IMG/VR virus record: IMGVR_UViG_3300036715_002161
Span: 64,001 to 128,000 of that record
Direction: 5' to 3' (one strand)
From: a virus
Length of the DNA: 64,000 bases
Part shown: positions 8,742 to 19,098 of the stretch, piece after piece
How the letters are laid out: each line of letters opens with the position of its first letter
Position numbering within the stretch: the first letter of the stretch is position 1
Translations under genes and position numbers: made by a program
The notes under the pieces: generated by a model
Told to the model about the DNA's origin: nothing
Databases searched by the model: none
Seen by the model: the letters and a program-made list of their open reading frames with translations, nothing else

Positions 8742-9595
8742 GTCTAAGAGAATACTCTAATTTCCTAGTCTTTGAAGGAGTCCTGGAAAGTATAGGAAAT
8801 GTCTCTCCTATAATGTCTCAGCTAAGGGATATGATTCTATATCCACATCTTAAAATTGTAGAAACAGATTGTAATACTTTTATGGGTAGAGTATTACCTT
8901 TGACCCCAGACCTAACTGGAGAGATAGAAGTATCAACCGGTGTAGCCTTGACTAAAGCCAGGATAAACTACCTATACTCAAAAGGTATCTATACTACTCA
9001 GGTAAGATCTATCAATACTTGTACCTCTATAGATGGTATCTGTACCAAGTGTTTCTCTGGCACATTCCCGGAAAAGAGCACACCAGAAGTCGGGTCTATT
9101 GTCAGTATACCTCCTAGATACATATTATCTTTTGACATAGTTATCGGAAATGGTCATAGCAATACATATACTCTGAATTTTGCCCCTGAGGCCACAGATA
9201 CTACTTTGTTGTTTATTAATGGTATTTTATCGCCTTCTAACACATATGATATACAAGGTAATATTCTTACTACTTTAACCCCACTACCAATAAATGACAT
9301 AATAGCCGTCAAAAATTATGGTCTTAGTACCTCCGGACTATTGGGGTTTTTTGCCAGGAGTTATTCTGGGGCAGTTTTCGGAATACATGAGCTGCCTACT
9401 TATCCCTTACCTATTAGACAAGGTCTTTACGAAACAGTAGTAATACCAGATGCAGTATTGGATCAGGCTTTTACGGAACTAGAGAAATTTCCAATAACCT
9501 CTACCACCCTTGAGTATTATGGTACAATAAATTCTAACCTGGAAAAAGCCTTGTTCTTATTATACAACTATGCAATCTACTCATCAATTCAATAA
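8738..9595 (+). CDS. RNA polymerase beta' zinc-binding-domain fusion with a virion-type beta domain
   Basis: IVETDCNT..G and VRSINTCTSIDGICTKCFSG match RpoC VTEDDCGT..G and VRSVVSCDTDFGVCAHCYG; followed by a GNGHSNTYTL..LFINGI..YDIQGNILT tail-type module. Confidence 0.65.
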   Translation: MSLREYSNFLVFEGVLESIGNVSPIMSQLRDMILYPHLKIVETDCNTFMGRVLPLTPDLTGEIEVSTGVALTKARINYLYSKGIYTTQVRSINTCTSIDGICTKCFSGTFPEKSTPEVGSIVSIPPRYILSFDIVIGNGHSNTYTLNFAPEATDTTLLFINGILSPSNTYDIQGNILTTLTPLPINDIIAVKNYGLSTSGLLGFFARSYSGAVFGIHELPTYPLPIRQGLYETVVIPDAVLDQAFTELEKFPITSTTLEYYGTINSNLEKALFLLYNYAIYSSIQ

Positions 9596-11879
9596 TAACC
9601 AATCCTATACTGATGTAGTATTTCAAGAATTTGCTCTTTTTATTGAGGGAGTAGAAGTCCCATTTACCTCTATGTCAGTATCTTCTGGGCTGGGGACTTT
9701 ACCAACGGCAGTAATAACTGTACCACCAGCCCCGGCCTTAATGGATATAGCTGTTTTCTATCAACCTAAGGTACATATTTTTTATAGGGATACCATAGGA
9801 GGTATAGACGATGGGGCCAATGCCGGTGATCCCAATAGACAGCCGGGAACTTGGAGACTACTATTTAAAGGTATAATTGCCAGTAGTTCCTTTCAGAAAT
9901 CTATTAATTCTTCTACTGAGAATATCCAGTTTTCCTGTATACATAAGTATAGTGTTACCAGAGATATGCTATTGGACTATACCGCTCGATTTAATCTCCA
10001 AACAGATAGGTCCACCCAGGGGACTTCTCCCGGAGCGGCCAATAGTCAAGTGAGTATTTTGGCGGCATTAGAGAGTATAACTGATAATGATCCGGCCACA
10101 GAGGCCACTCTGACCACACCTACTAATTCAGTCAAAACTTCTACCCTACCTTTATTTTTACGGAATTTCAAAAATAGACTTATTGGTATTCCAGGGGTCA
10201 TGGTCAATTTCTGGCAACAAATAAAAAGGGATACTTTTAATAAAGACTTGCTTCCTTTTATGGATATATTTAATAAATTATATCTACCGCTGGTAGAATC
10301 AGGTCTACAGATTTTCCAAAGGACTACCGGTCATAGGTTTATAGAATCATTAATAGATGGTTCTAAGACTGACTATGATTGTGGGGCGGCCAATGGAGGG
10401 GTAAGGAAAATAATCACTCCTCACCCATATAGACTATTTATTGAGTCAGCTATTCAACAGGAAATGGCTATAAGAGTTATTAGTGAAACCATGCAGAATA
10501 CTGGGGAACTTACTGATATTTTCTCTTTGTTCAATGCGGTCTATGAATCTATCGACTACGATATGATTACTTTGGCCAGCCCAGCCGAGTCTGCTAATAT
10601 GCTAGATGGGGTCAGTACCTGGGCCGCCGATACTATTATAAAACCCAAACTACCTTTTTATTATTCTCCAACTTGTAATATTTTCTTACCAGGGATGTAT
10701 CTATCCTTAAATGTAAATAGTGATGAAAGCAATATTCCTAGTAGACTAGACTTTAGAAATGATGAGAGTATTGATGGTACTAATAGTGCCAAACTAAATA
10801 CTTACTTTAGGGCTCCGGCATCTGTTAGAGAAGCCATATCCAAAGGGTTTGATCCTCAGGGTAAAAATGACCTTTTGAGTACTACCGGCCAAGGTAAGGG
10901 TAAATTCAGTAAATATGAGCAAGGCAGGGGTGTCAAGGTAGAAGTGGGTGTTTTACCTAGATGGCTATCTATGTTTAGTGCCGCTCAGTTTTCTGATCAA
11001 AGTAGTAGTAAAGAAAGCTGGCCAGACCCTACAAATAAAAACAACTATGATTCTATTGATAGACTGGCAAATGCCTGGACTGCCAGGTATGGCAAAGAAA
11101 AGGATAATCTAAATCCATGGGTTAAAAACTCTGATGTCCAACCCTACCATAGAATGCTATTTTCTGCCGTTGACTACTATTATACTCAGTATGTTGCCAG
11201 AAGTAGGGCTGGTGTAATGGATTGTCCGTTTAACCCATATGTAATACCTGGGTATCCCTTGGACATTATCTCAGGAAACCCAACCTCGCCAAGTTTCCAT
11301 GGCTTATGTACTAGCATAACCCATACAATAACCTCTACCTCTTGCCAGACTACTGTGTCTTTTGCCGCAGCCCTGACTTATTCTCAACTGGTAAACTACT
11401 ATATACCTTTTGTTCACCCCTGGTTAGAGGTCAGCCTTGGCTTGGCCGATAATCCTACTTTGGTGGCCAACACTGAAGGCAAGATAAAGGCCAAGCAGTT
11501 CTACAAAGGGGTATTATCCAATTACGTAACTGCCATAGGACCAGAGGACTTGCTGAACTTTTCTACCGGTTTACCCAACCCTTTGACAAGAGGAGGGGAC
11601 AACTTGGTCGGACCAGGAGGATCAGCCACTTCAGTAGAGGGACATAATGGCGGAGAAATTAACCCCAATCTGACCTATCAAGGTAATCTAAGTTTAGCAT
11701 ACAGAGAAATTGAGTCCAAGGACAGTATAATGGCCAGAGAAAATATAAAGTTTATTGATATGCATCCCTCCGTATACAATAGTACCGTCTTCAAGTATAT
11801 TGATAAAATTATTACTGACCCTAGTCAAAGACTAGATCTTAACCAAAGTCCATTCCTGGACTATGCTGACCCCAGTTAA
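9570..11879 (+). CDS. baseplate hub protein (gp27/VgrG-like)
   Basis: 769 aa; N-terminal LFIEGVEVPF and C-terminal PFNPYVIPGYP...ITHTIT pattern; position in tail cluster. Confidence 0.55.
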   Translation: MQSTHQFNNNQSYTDVVFQEFALFIEGVEVPFTSMSVSSGLGTLPTAVITVPPAPALMDIAVFYQPKVHIFYRDTIGGIDDGANAGDPNRQPGTWRLLFKGIIASSSFQKSINSSTENIQFSCIHKYSVTRDMLLDYTARFNLQTDRSTQGTSPGAANSQVSILAALESITDNDPATEATLTTPTNSVKTSTLPLFLRNFKNRLIGIPGVMVNFWQQIKRDTFNKDLLPFMDIFNKLYLPLVESGLQIFQRTTGHRFIESLIDGSKTDYDCGAANGGVRKIITPHPYRLFIESAIQQEMAIRVISETMQNTGELTDIFSLFNAVYESIDYDMITLASPAESANMLDGVSTWAADTIIKPKLPFYYSPTCNIFLPGMYLSLNVNSDESNIPSRLDFRNDESIDGTNSAKLNTYFRAPASVREAISKGFDPQGKNDLLSTTGQGKGKFSKYEQGRGVKVEVGVLPRWLSMFSAAQFSDQSSSKESWPDPTNKNNYDSIDRLANAWTARYGKEKDNLNPWVKNSDVQPYHRMLFSAVDYYYTQYVARSRAGVMDCPFNPYVIPGYPLDIISGNPTSPSFHGLCTSITHTITSTSCQTTVSFAAALTYSQLVNYYIPFVHPWLEVSLGLADNPTLVANTEGKIKAKQFYKGVLSNYVTAIGPEDLLNFSTGLPNPLTRGGDNLVGPGGSATSVEGHNGGEINPNLTYQGNLSLAYREIESKDSIMARENIKFIDMHPSVYNSTVFKYIDKIITDPSQRLDLNQSPFLDYADPS

Positions 11880-11883
11880 AATA
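11875..11883 (+). promoter_or_regulatory. late promoter motif GTTAAAATA
   Basis: 5 nt before ATG 11889. Confidence 0.6.
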
Positions 11884-11888
11884 AAGGT

Positions 11889-12098
11889 ATGATTTCTACC
11901 TCAAGTCTGGCCGTCGGAGTTCAAACCGGTGCTGAATTAATTCCTACCAATGCTGCACCGGTTCTAAGTTCGACAAGTGACGCCTTGGCCTGTTTTAGTC
12001 AACAACAGTTCAGTGCCAAACTACAAACTTACTTGGTAAGCTATGTAATGGCAGTGGGTGGTTACTATTCATTATACTCAGGGTTTAATCCAGAATGA
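11889..12098 (+). CDS. hypothetical protein
   Basis: 69-aa ORF behind the late motif, ATGA-coupled to the sigma gene. Confidence 0.55.
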   Translation: MISTSSLAVGVQTGAELIPTNAAPVLSSTSDALACFSQQQFSAKLQTYLVSYVMAVGGYYSLYSGFNPE

Positions 12099-12790
12099 CA
12101 GAAGATGTAAAAAATCTAGACCAAGAGCTTTACTTTAAATGGGTTGAGGATAAATCCAAGCCTAACCTCAGCAAACTTGTAAAGCAGCTTTATCCAATTA
12201 TATACTCGGAAGTCCGTAGACAGTCTGGTACTTTACCAGAAGCTGCTCTTTCTGGGGAGGCCAAGAAATGGGCCATTAAAGCCATACAGACGTATGACCC
12301 TAGCAAGGGGGCCTTATTGTCTACTCATACTGTAAACTACCTGGCCAAGACTCGTAGACTTAACTATAAGTATCAAAATGCAGTTAGGCTTCCAGAAAAT
12401 CTACATAGACAATTCTCTGAGTTTAGAAATGTAGTTAGTCATTTGACTGATAATCTAAATCGTGATCCGACAGATGATGAGATTGCCGATGAAATTGGCT
12501 GGAGTAGGCCACAGGTGGTTAAGTTTAAAGGTGGTCTGTATGATGACCTGCTGGAATCAGGCTCATTAAAGCCTACTGAGGCAACTCAGTTTAATTCTAA
12601 TAAGTTCTTGTTGGACCATATACTTTCTCAATTAGATAGCCAAGAAAAATTTATACTGAATAATAGAGGTACTATGAATTCAACTCAATTGGCAGAAGCC
12701 TTGGGGGTAAATGTAAGTCGCCTCAATTATCTTGTCATGAAGTTGACCAACAAAGTAGCCGCCACTAAAAAAGAAATAGGCATGTACTAG
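12095..12790 (+). CDS. sigma-70 family sigma factor (group 3 / FliA-like)
   Basis: Region 2 IKAIQTYDPSKGALLSTH, VRLPE, region 3 LNRDPTDDEIADEIGW, region 4 HTH QLAEALGVNVSRL. Confidence 0.8.
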   Translation: MTEDVKNLDQELYFKWVEDKSKPNLSKLVKQLYPIIYSEVRRQSGTLPEAALSGEAKKWAIKAIQTYDPSKGALLSTHTVNYLAKTRRLNYKYQNAVRLPENLHRQFSEFRNVVSHLTDNLNRDPTDDEIADEIGWSRPQVVKFKGGLYDDLLESGSLKPTEATQFNSNKFLLDHILSQLDSQEKFILNNRGTMNSTQLAEALGVNVSRLNYLVMKLTNKVAATKKEIGMY

Positions 12791-12791
12791 T

Positions 12792-13169
12792 ATGGCTGAG
12801 ACAACTACCAGTTTAGGTACAGACCTAAACAGCATACTCGATACTATAAAAGGATATAATAGCGCTATAAAAGCTCACCTATTATCTCCAGTAACAGACA
12901 CACCTATACTGTTAGATTTAATTAAGCAGTTTAATATTGATAACATAATAACCAAATCTAATAGAGAAGCCTTTGCTGGAGGGGACTTAGATCGAGGGGT
13001 GTTAGTAGATGTAATACATCAATATGACGCCCTTATGAGAGAAATATCTATGAGAGCATCTGCCAAGCTAGAATACTACTCTACTGCCGCGGTTGAACTA
13101 GATAATATAAACTCTAAGCTTGATAATCAAAGGGGAATATTTATTAATACTATAAGGGGATCTGCATGA
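12792..13169 (+). CDS. hypothetical protein
   Basis: 125-aa helical ORF. Confidence 0.6.
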   Translation: MAETTTSLGTDLNSILDTIKGYNSAIKAHLLSPVTDTPILLDLIKQFNIDNIITKSNREAFAGGDLDRGVLVDVIHQYDALMREISMRASAKLEYYSTAAVELDNINSKLDNQRGIFINTIRGSA

Positions 13170-13663
13170 ACCCACGCATAGGCATTGCCGAGAACCTACC
13201 AGTAGGAGCCACCAATGATTTATTATTGGTAAGTACTCCTGAGGGCTATCCACAAGGCCAGCTTTTTTTTAAATTTGAGGACACCCCTAGAAAAATTACG
13301 GGTATTCAGAAAGTAGCCCAGCTATTTTTTAAGATACTTTTTAGCACAAAAGGCTCTGATCCGGTTCGGCCCAATATAGGCACGACTTTTTCGGCCAATA
13401 CGATAGGGGCCAACATAACCACTAATGATAGTGTCTTCTTGGCAACCATAACAGATGCTATAAACGATGCGGGTAATCAGGTTAAAGGTATTCTAAATAC
13501 CCAGGGTAGTGACCCTGCTAGTCAACTAAGTAGATTATCTATTCTTGGCATAACCACTTTTAAGGATGCCTTGGGAGTATATGTTCAGATAACTACTGCT
13601 GCCGGTGAATCCGCCTCCGTGGCTATACCTTTCCCGGAACTTAACCTACCCCTTTCCAGTTAA
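13166..13663 (+). CDS. baseplate wedge subunit (gp25-like)
   Basis: GIQKVAQLFFKILFSTKGSDPVRPNIGT resembles the gp25 L-x-T-x-x-G-x-x-P-x-x-G motif. Confidence 0.65.
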   Translation: MNPRIGIAENLPVGATNDLLLVSTPEGYPQGQLFFKFEDTPRKITGIQKVAQLFFKILFSTKGSDPVRPNIGTTFSANTIGANITTNDSVFLATITDAINDAGNQVKGILNTQGSDPASQLSRLSILGITTFKDALGVYVQITTAAGESASVAIPFPELNLPLSS

Positions 13664-13667
13664 AATA
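13659..13667 (+). promoter_or_regulatory. late promoter motif GTTAAAATA
   Basis: 4 nt before ATG 13672. Confidence 0.6.
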
Positions 13668-13671
13668 ACAC

Positions 13672-15669
13672 ATGACTATTACTACTGACCTATTCAGCTA
13701 TTTACCAGGCCTTCAAGTATCTCCCAACGAAATCTTAGAGAGTGAGTTATTTTGCCAGCAAGTGTTACAGGCTCAGTTCCCCGACACTGATTGGAGGCAA
13801 GGTACGGGTGTTACCGATATGGTAATTAGGCCTAGTGCAACTCTACTGGCCTTAATTAATAAGGCACTAATTTTCTATTTCTCTCAAAATACCTTGGCCA
13901 GTGTAACCAATGACACTTCTACCAGTATCGTAGATAGTCTGTTGTCCAATTGGTTTATTACTAGAAATCAAGGATCTGCCTCAGTAATTAATGCCAGACT
14001 ATATTTTGCTGTATCTAAAAATGTCATCTTAAATACGAGTACATATTTTTCCCCAGATAACGTCTTACGTTTTTACCCAAGTGGTTCTCTGGCATTCAAT
14101 GCAGATCAGATGAGTCTTGATATACCCTCTAATTCTTGGTACATAGATGTAGACCTGGTGGCAGAAACTCCAGGTAGTGGCTATGACATAAGCTCAGGTA
14201 GTCTATTATATTTCACCACATTCGACACTTATTTCTTACATGCCGAGATCAACTATTTGTCAGCGACATCGATTTCCTCCGAGAGTAACCTAGATTTTGT
14301 AAAAAGAACTTCGGACAGTATCTCTACTCGTAATCTTATAAATAACCCCAGTATCAGCTCTAACCTACTGGAGAATTTTTCCCTTATAACTGAAGTAGCC
14401 TCAAAAGGTCTAGGGGACCCAGAAATGATTAGGGATCTTAGTCTAGTAACACCCCCATTTCCAAACGTACCAATATGGGTACATACGGGAGGTATGGTGG
14501 ACGTATATTGCAGAGTACCTTTGACTACTAATACGTTACAATTTGTAACTGATGTTAATGGCAAAGTCTATATACCCGGCCCTAACTACAAAGGCATTCG
14601 CTCAGGCGTAACCGGAGGTATAGACGTTGATACAATGTTTGTAACTCATTGCCAAGCCTTACCCAATACTTTTCAAATTACTGTAGATTCTACTAATGGA
14701 CTCGTCCTATTTGGGAATATAAGTATTGAAGGGGCGGCTCCTGGAAATAATACCTTAAATACCCAGATAACGGCCATATCCGGGTCTCTTATTACTGTGG
14801 CCGACAAGATTTGGAATACTCTTTCGGACGCCGTGGTAGGCCCTGCCTATGTTGTTAGCAATCCTAATTTTGGTCAAGCTTCTGGCGTGTCCTTGAACAG
14901 TGGCTCTAATACTACTAATACTTTTGCCTTTTCCCCTTTTGCCGAAGTTTCTTTTGCTGGATTAGTCATTAGTGGTACTACTGGGTTAGCCACGGCCACC
15001 AGACCAGATCATGGTATCACTCCCGGTAGGTATGTGACCATATCAGGAGCTACTCCTACAGGATATAATGGAACTTTTAAAGTTCTGTCATCTACAAAAG
15101 ATACTTTTACCTATGAGATAGCTCCTAGTGTGACCGGGGCGGCTACTGGAATAATTAGCCTGTTCTATGTAGTTCCCAATAGTGATATTGGTTTTAGCAG
15201 TAGGCAACAATTACTATACGACTTTGGTACTGGCCAGGCCAATAAGACAGTTAGTCTTTCATTACATTCTTTTCAAGGATTGGACGGTATTCAGAACTAC
15301 CTATCCAGTAAGAGTAATAAGGTCTTGGCTGCTGATTTATTGGCTCGTGGATTTAATCTATGTATGCTGGATATTGAAATAGTAGGATATACTGGGGTAG
15401 CACCTAGTTCTGCCTTGTCTCTATCCCTGACACAAAACTATCTGTCCTCTTTAGTTCCAGGCCAGGTTTTTGTTATGTCTGACCTGCTATCTACTTTGTA
15501 CTCTGGCGGTATTACTACTATAAAGACTCCAATATCAATTACTTATAATATATATACCCGTGACCTGGTTCCTCCCATATCTGGTACTATTACGGACACC
15601 TTAAACACTAGAGATTCAACCAATATATTTATGGTTAATAGCATTAGTACTAGCTCAGAAAATGTCTAA
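13672..15669 (+). CDS. baseplate wedge protein (J/gp6-like)
   Basis: DWRQGTGVTDMVIRP, VDLVAETPGSGYDI and ESNLDFVKR are baseplate-J-like; carries an inserted HGITPGRYVTISGATPTGYNGTF beta module. Confidence 0.7.
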   Translation: MTITTDLFSYLPGLQVSPNEILESELFCQQVLQAQFPDTDWRQGTGVTDMVIRPSATLLALINKALIFYFSQNTLASVTNDTSTSIVDSLLSNWFITRNQGSASVINARLYFAVSKNVILNTSTYFSPDNVLRFYPSGSLAFNADQMSLDIPSNSWYIDVDLVAETPGSGYDISSGSLLYFTTFDTYFLHAEINYLSATSISSESNLDFVKRTSDSISTRNLINNPSISSNLLENFSLITEVASKGLGDPEMIRDLSLVTPPFPNVPIWVHTGGMVDVYCRVPLTTNTLQFVTDVNGKVYIPGPNYKGIRSGVTGGIDVDTMFVTHCQALPNTFQITVDSTNGLVLFGNISIEGAAPGNNTLNTQITAISGSLITVADKIWNTLSDAVVGPAYVVSNPNFGQASGVSLNSGSNTTNTFAFSPFAEVSFAGLVISGTTGLATATRPDHGITPGRYVTISGATPTGYNGTFKVLSSTKDTFTYEIAPSVTGAATGIISLFYVVPNSDIGFSSRQQLLYDFGTGQANKTVSLSLHSFQGLDGIQNYLSSKSNKVLAADLLARGFNLCMLDIEIVGYTGVAPSSALSLSLTQNYLSSLVPGQVFVMSDLLSTLYSGGITTIKTPISITYNIYTRDLVPPISGTITDTLNTRDSTNIFMVNSISTSSENV

Positions 15670-18616
15670 TAATATTTCGCAGTTTTCTTCCAAAGGTCTT
15701 GATCTTGGTATAGACTCCAAGGTCTTGACCTTTATGTATGGGTTATCCGACTTTTGGAGATTCATGTTTGAAGACTCTGAAAAAATAAATCTTCTATTAG
15801 AGTCTGGGGCTACTCAGGCATCAGAAATTTATAATCATTTTCTACAACTGACCTCTACCCTTAGTCTGGAGGGTATTTCAGCTCTGACAAATTCCCAGAT
15901 AAAGCTGGTTTTAATAAATTCTACTGACCTGGTACCCGGCACGCCTTCTACTTATAAAATAAATGGTATATCTATTTCTTCTGCTAGGTTTATAGCAGAC
16001 AAACCTTTTCTGCCAACGGCCACCTTAGAAGAAGGAGCTCATTACTTTATAGATGCCGGCTCTAATAATCTGTTACTATATAAACCAATAGAATCAATAG
16101 GTTTTCCTTCTAGAGTATTACCGGACGGTACTACTCAGTATTCTATTTGGATGGTGGATGCCAGGATAGATGAACAACTAATATCTAAGTATTATGGCAA
16201 TCTGATTTCCATAAGCCCAGAAACGTCTACAGATAACTTTAGTAACTTTGTATATGGACTATATTACCTATATACCAATGGTCCGGTTCTAAATACAATT
16301 AAAAAGGCCCTTAATCTAGTCCTAGGCATCCCGTTGGCTAGAGGCGTAGAGACTATACTTGACATTAGGCTATACCCCAATTCGCAACAGTATTTAGTAA
16401 CCACCGATTCCAACTCCTACTTATTACCCTATGGATTATCTCCAACCGGACAGGTAGGGGATGTTCTACAACCATTTCAGGAATTAACAAGTTGGGTAGT
16501 TATTAAGGATTACGTATCCGACGGAGTGTGGTGGCTTAATCTAGCTATACCTCCAGAACTGATACCATACCCCCCCAATGGTAAGGATAATAGGGCTACT
16601 GCTGGTAGTCATGCAGAGTATGTCATGGCCAATTACTTGTACAAAAATACTTTTTTGGTCAATGTAAATACTACAAGTTTCAAAGACTTGGAACTTTTTA
16701 CAAAACTAACAGACGTTATTAGCAGAGTTCGGCCAACTTATACAAGCCCTATTTACATTTGGTCGGTTCCGGTCCCAGATGAAAAAATAGGTATATCAGA
16801 TGCTAATCTAACCCTGGAGGTAGACAGCGTCCAAGTAGAATACGTATGCCCTAATATAGGGGTTTTTACAAGAGACTCCACTACTCCTATTTCTAGAAGA
16901 GGCGGGGCTTTTACCAGATTTTCTGGCCCCTCTTCTATGGACCGTCAGGTTGGAACTAGCCCAATAGACAATGGTACAGGCACCATAGTAAATGGGACTA
17001 CGGTTACTGGCTTTCAAGGCAGATTAAGACAATTTAGAAGTGCGACCAAAAACGAAGAAGGCTGGTTAAAAGCAGTAGTAGTCTATCCTACTGACAACTT
17101 CGTCCCCAACAATACTACACTATCTTTCTGTAGGGGTATAGATACCACTATTTCATCTTGGGGTATACCCGTCTATACAAACCCAGCCTATGCGGGGTTT
17201 AGGTCTGTATATTTACATACTACTAGTGTTGACTCTTTAAGAGCCAATGGCATAGAATTTACAGCCGTTTCAAATGACGTTACAGTACAGGTTACTGATA
17301 GTACGATAGGTAACGGCGATGGTGCTACTTCTAGCTTCAGGATAACTACCGGAGCTCAGACCTTGGTTGGAAATACCGACGTATTCAAAACTAACTGGCA
17401 GGGTAGGCAGTTACAGTATTTAAATCCCAGAACTAACTTATTGACAGGCTCTGAAAGTATATCCAATGGATCCAATGGATGGTATGGTAATGATAGTCCG
17501 GTATACACTACGGATGGTACCATAGGACCAGATGGTGTAGGAGTAGCCCAGTTATTAATTGCAGGTGCTCAAAATTCCGGGTATGGTATTGGGAGCTTCC
17601 AATTAGGCATATTTGTACTTGGTCTGCAATATACTATGTCTTTATTTTTTAAAGTCCCATCTAGCGGTAATTGTAATATAATATTTGGTAGTGATATAGA
17701 GCTTTGTGCAGTAAATACCACTACTTTAAAAGCTTCTTCCACAAAGGGAACTACTACTTTGACCAGTGTTGGTAATGGATGGTATAGGGCAAGTATTACC
17801 TTCACAGCTACAACCCCTAACCCTGTTATATACTCGTCCAATACGGGACGAGTATACATATGGGGTGCTCAAATAGAACGGTCCCCGGTACTCACTTCTT
17901 ATATCAAAACAACCACAGCCCAAGTTACTAGAACGGACTATTCATTAGTAGATGGACAAGTGATAATGAATAACCCTATACCTGAGAGTGGATCTATCAT
18001 TAGCTGGTCTGGGGCCTATAGTGAAAGTAAACAAACATCTAATGGGACTGGAGGATGGCATACTCTGGCTTCTGGATCTAGGAATACAATGGGCATAAAT
18101 ACTGCTCCAATAAATGATGGTACCGGATACTCTGTTGCAAACTTCTTAATCCAAAACTTTAGCTCCTTATTTATAAGGGATACAGGGGCTAATCTACCGT
18201 GGTATTATCCAAAAAACTCGTATACCTCCATACCATTGTCCGTTTCAGACGTTATTTCTGGTGACTTCTTAATGTTTTTTGAGCATGGTGACGACACAGG
18301 TATTAGCGTATATTGGGTAACATCTAATAACAACTTCGTAGGAAGGCCCTATATAAGCACTAACTCCTCTGATGATTTGTCAATAACCATAAGTGGTAAC
18401 ATTTCTAGAGGTATGGGGAATATCGGTAGTCCATATTTTCTGACTCGTGGATCTCAGCAAGTAGTGATAGGCGGGGTAAGGGCTACTAATACCCTGAGTA
18501 TAGATGCTGGTACTACAGACCTAGGAGCCTTATACTCCAATTACTCAGATTCTTTAAACCTTATTCAAAATATGGATAGATCGGGTAAATCCCTAGTGGT
18601 CAAGGGATACTTCTAG
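15662..18616 (+). CDS. large baseplate wedge protein with carbohydrate-binding-like insert
   Basis: 984 aa after the J-like gene; insert RTNLL..SE...GNGWYRASITF...YIWGAQIE..TSYIKTT is typical of phage CBM-like spike domains. Confidence 0.6.
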   Translation: MSNNISQFSSKGLDLGIDSKVLTFMYGLSDFWRFMFEDSEKINLLLESGATQASEIYNHFLQLTSTLSLEGISALTNSQIKLVLINSTDLVPGTPSTYKINGISISSARFIADKPFLPTATLEEGAHYFIDAGSNNLLLYKPIESIGFPSRVLPDGTTQYSIWMVDARIDEQLISKYYGNLISISPETSTDNFSNFVYGLYYLYTNGPVLNTIKKALNLVLGIPLARGVETILDIRLYPNSQQYLVTTDSNSYLLPYGLSPTGQVGDVLQPFQELTSWVVIKDYVSDGVWWLNLAIPPELIPYPPNGKDNRATAGSHAEYVMANYLYKNTFLVNVNTTSFKDLELFTKLTDVISRVRPTYTSPIYIWSVPVPDEKIGISDANLTLEVDSVQVEYVCPNIGVFTRDSTTPISRRGGAFTRFSGPSSMDRQVGTSPIDNGTGTIVNGTTVTGFQGRLRQFRSATKNEEGWLKAVVVYPTDNFVPNNTTLSFCRGIDTTISSWGIPVYTNPAYAGFRSVYLHTTSVDSLRANGIEFTAVSNDVTVQVTDSTIGNGDGATSSFRITTGAQTLVGNTDVFKTNWQGRQLQYLNPRTNLLTGSESISNGSNGWYGNDSPVYTTDGTIGPDGVGVAQLLIAGAQNSGYGIGSFQLGIFVLGLQYTMSLFFKVPSSGNCNIIFGSDIELCAVNTTTLKASSTKGTTTLTSVGNGWYRASITFTATTPNPVIYSSNTGRVYIWGAQIERSPVLTSYIKTTTAQVTRTDYSLVDGQVIMNNPIPESGSIISWSGAYSESKQTSNGTGGWHTLASGSRNTMGINTAPINDGTGYSVANFLIQNFSSLFIRDTGANLPWYYPKNSYTSIPLSVSDVISGDFLMFFEHGDDTGISVYWVTSNNNFVGRPYISTNSSDDLSITISGNISRGMGNIGSPYFLTRGSQQVVIGGVRATNTLSIDAGTTDLGALYSNYSDSLNLIQNMDRSGKSLVVKGYF

Positions 18617-18625
18617 GTTAAAATA
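18617..18625 (+). promoter_or_regulatory. late promoter motif GTTAAAATA
   Basis: intergenic, 5 nt before ATG 18631. Confidence 0.65.
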
Positions 18626-18630
18626 ATTCA

Positions 18631-19098
18631 ATGAACTTACAAGATAATATTGACTTGACCGGTACTCTGAGTATCTATCTAGATTATGGTGAAGGTAAAG
18701 AACTTTTTTTTAAAAAACAAAACTTAATCACAAATGTGGCTCGTATGGCCCTGCTCAGGTCTCTAACAATTTCTGGTGTTTCAGATCCTATAATAACTCT
18801 ACATGCAGGTACTGGAGGTACTAGTGACACCAAAGGATTATATCCATATGTAGAAAATCCTTTGGCAACCGGGTTGGCCCATGAGGTTATCGGGGTTCCA
18901 GTTAGCACCTTAGAAGACACCAATGCCATTACTATAACCTTTTTGGCCGATATTTTGACCACTCAGGCCAATGGATTACTGATAACAGAGGCTGGGCTTT
19001 TTAAAACAAGTGGGGCCATGTTTAATCTAAAAAACCATCCTGGTATTTTTAAAAGTGCTGCATTCTCCATTCACTATGAGTGGGTAATTGCCACATGA
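18631..19098 (+). CDS. tail collar / fibre-attachment protein
   Basis: NLIT...HAGTGG...ANGLLITEAGLF...YEW pattern. Confidence 0.6.
   Translation: MNLQDNIDLTGTLSIYLDYGEGKELFFKKQNLITNVARMALLRSLTISGVSDPIITLHAGTGGTSDTKGLYPYVENPLATGLAHEVIGVPVSTLEDTNAITITFLADILTTQANGLLITEAGLFKTSGAMFNLKNHPGIFKSAAFSIHYEWVIAT

Noticed and set aside
8738-9595. Functional multisubunit RNA polymerase subunit
   Set aside because: Lacks the DxDGD catalytic, bridge-helix and trigger-loop motifs; only the zinc module is present
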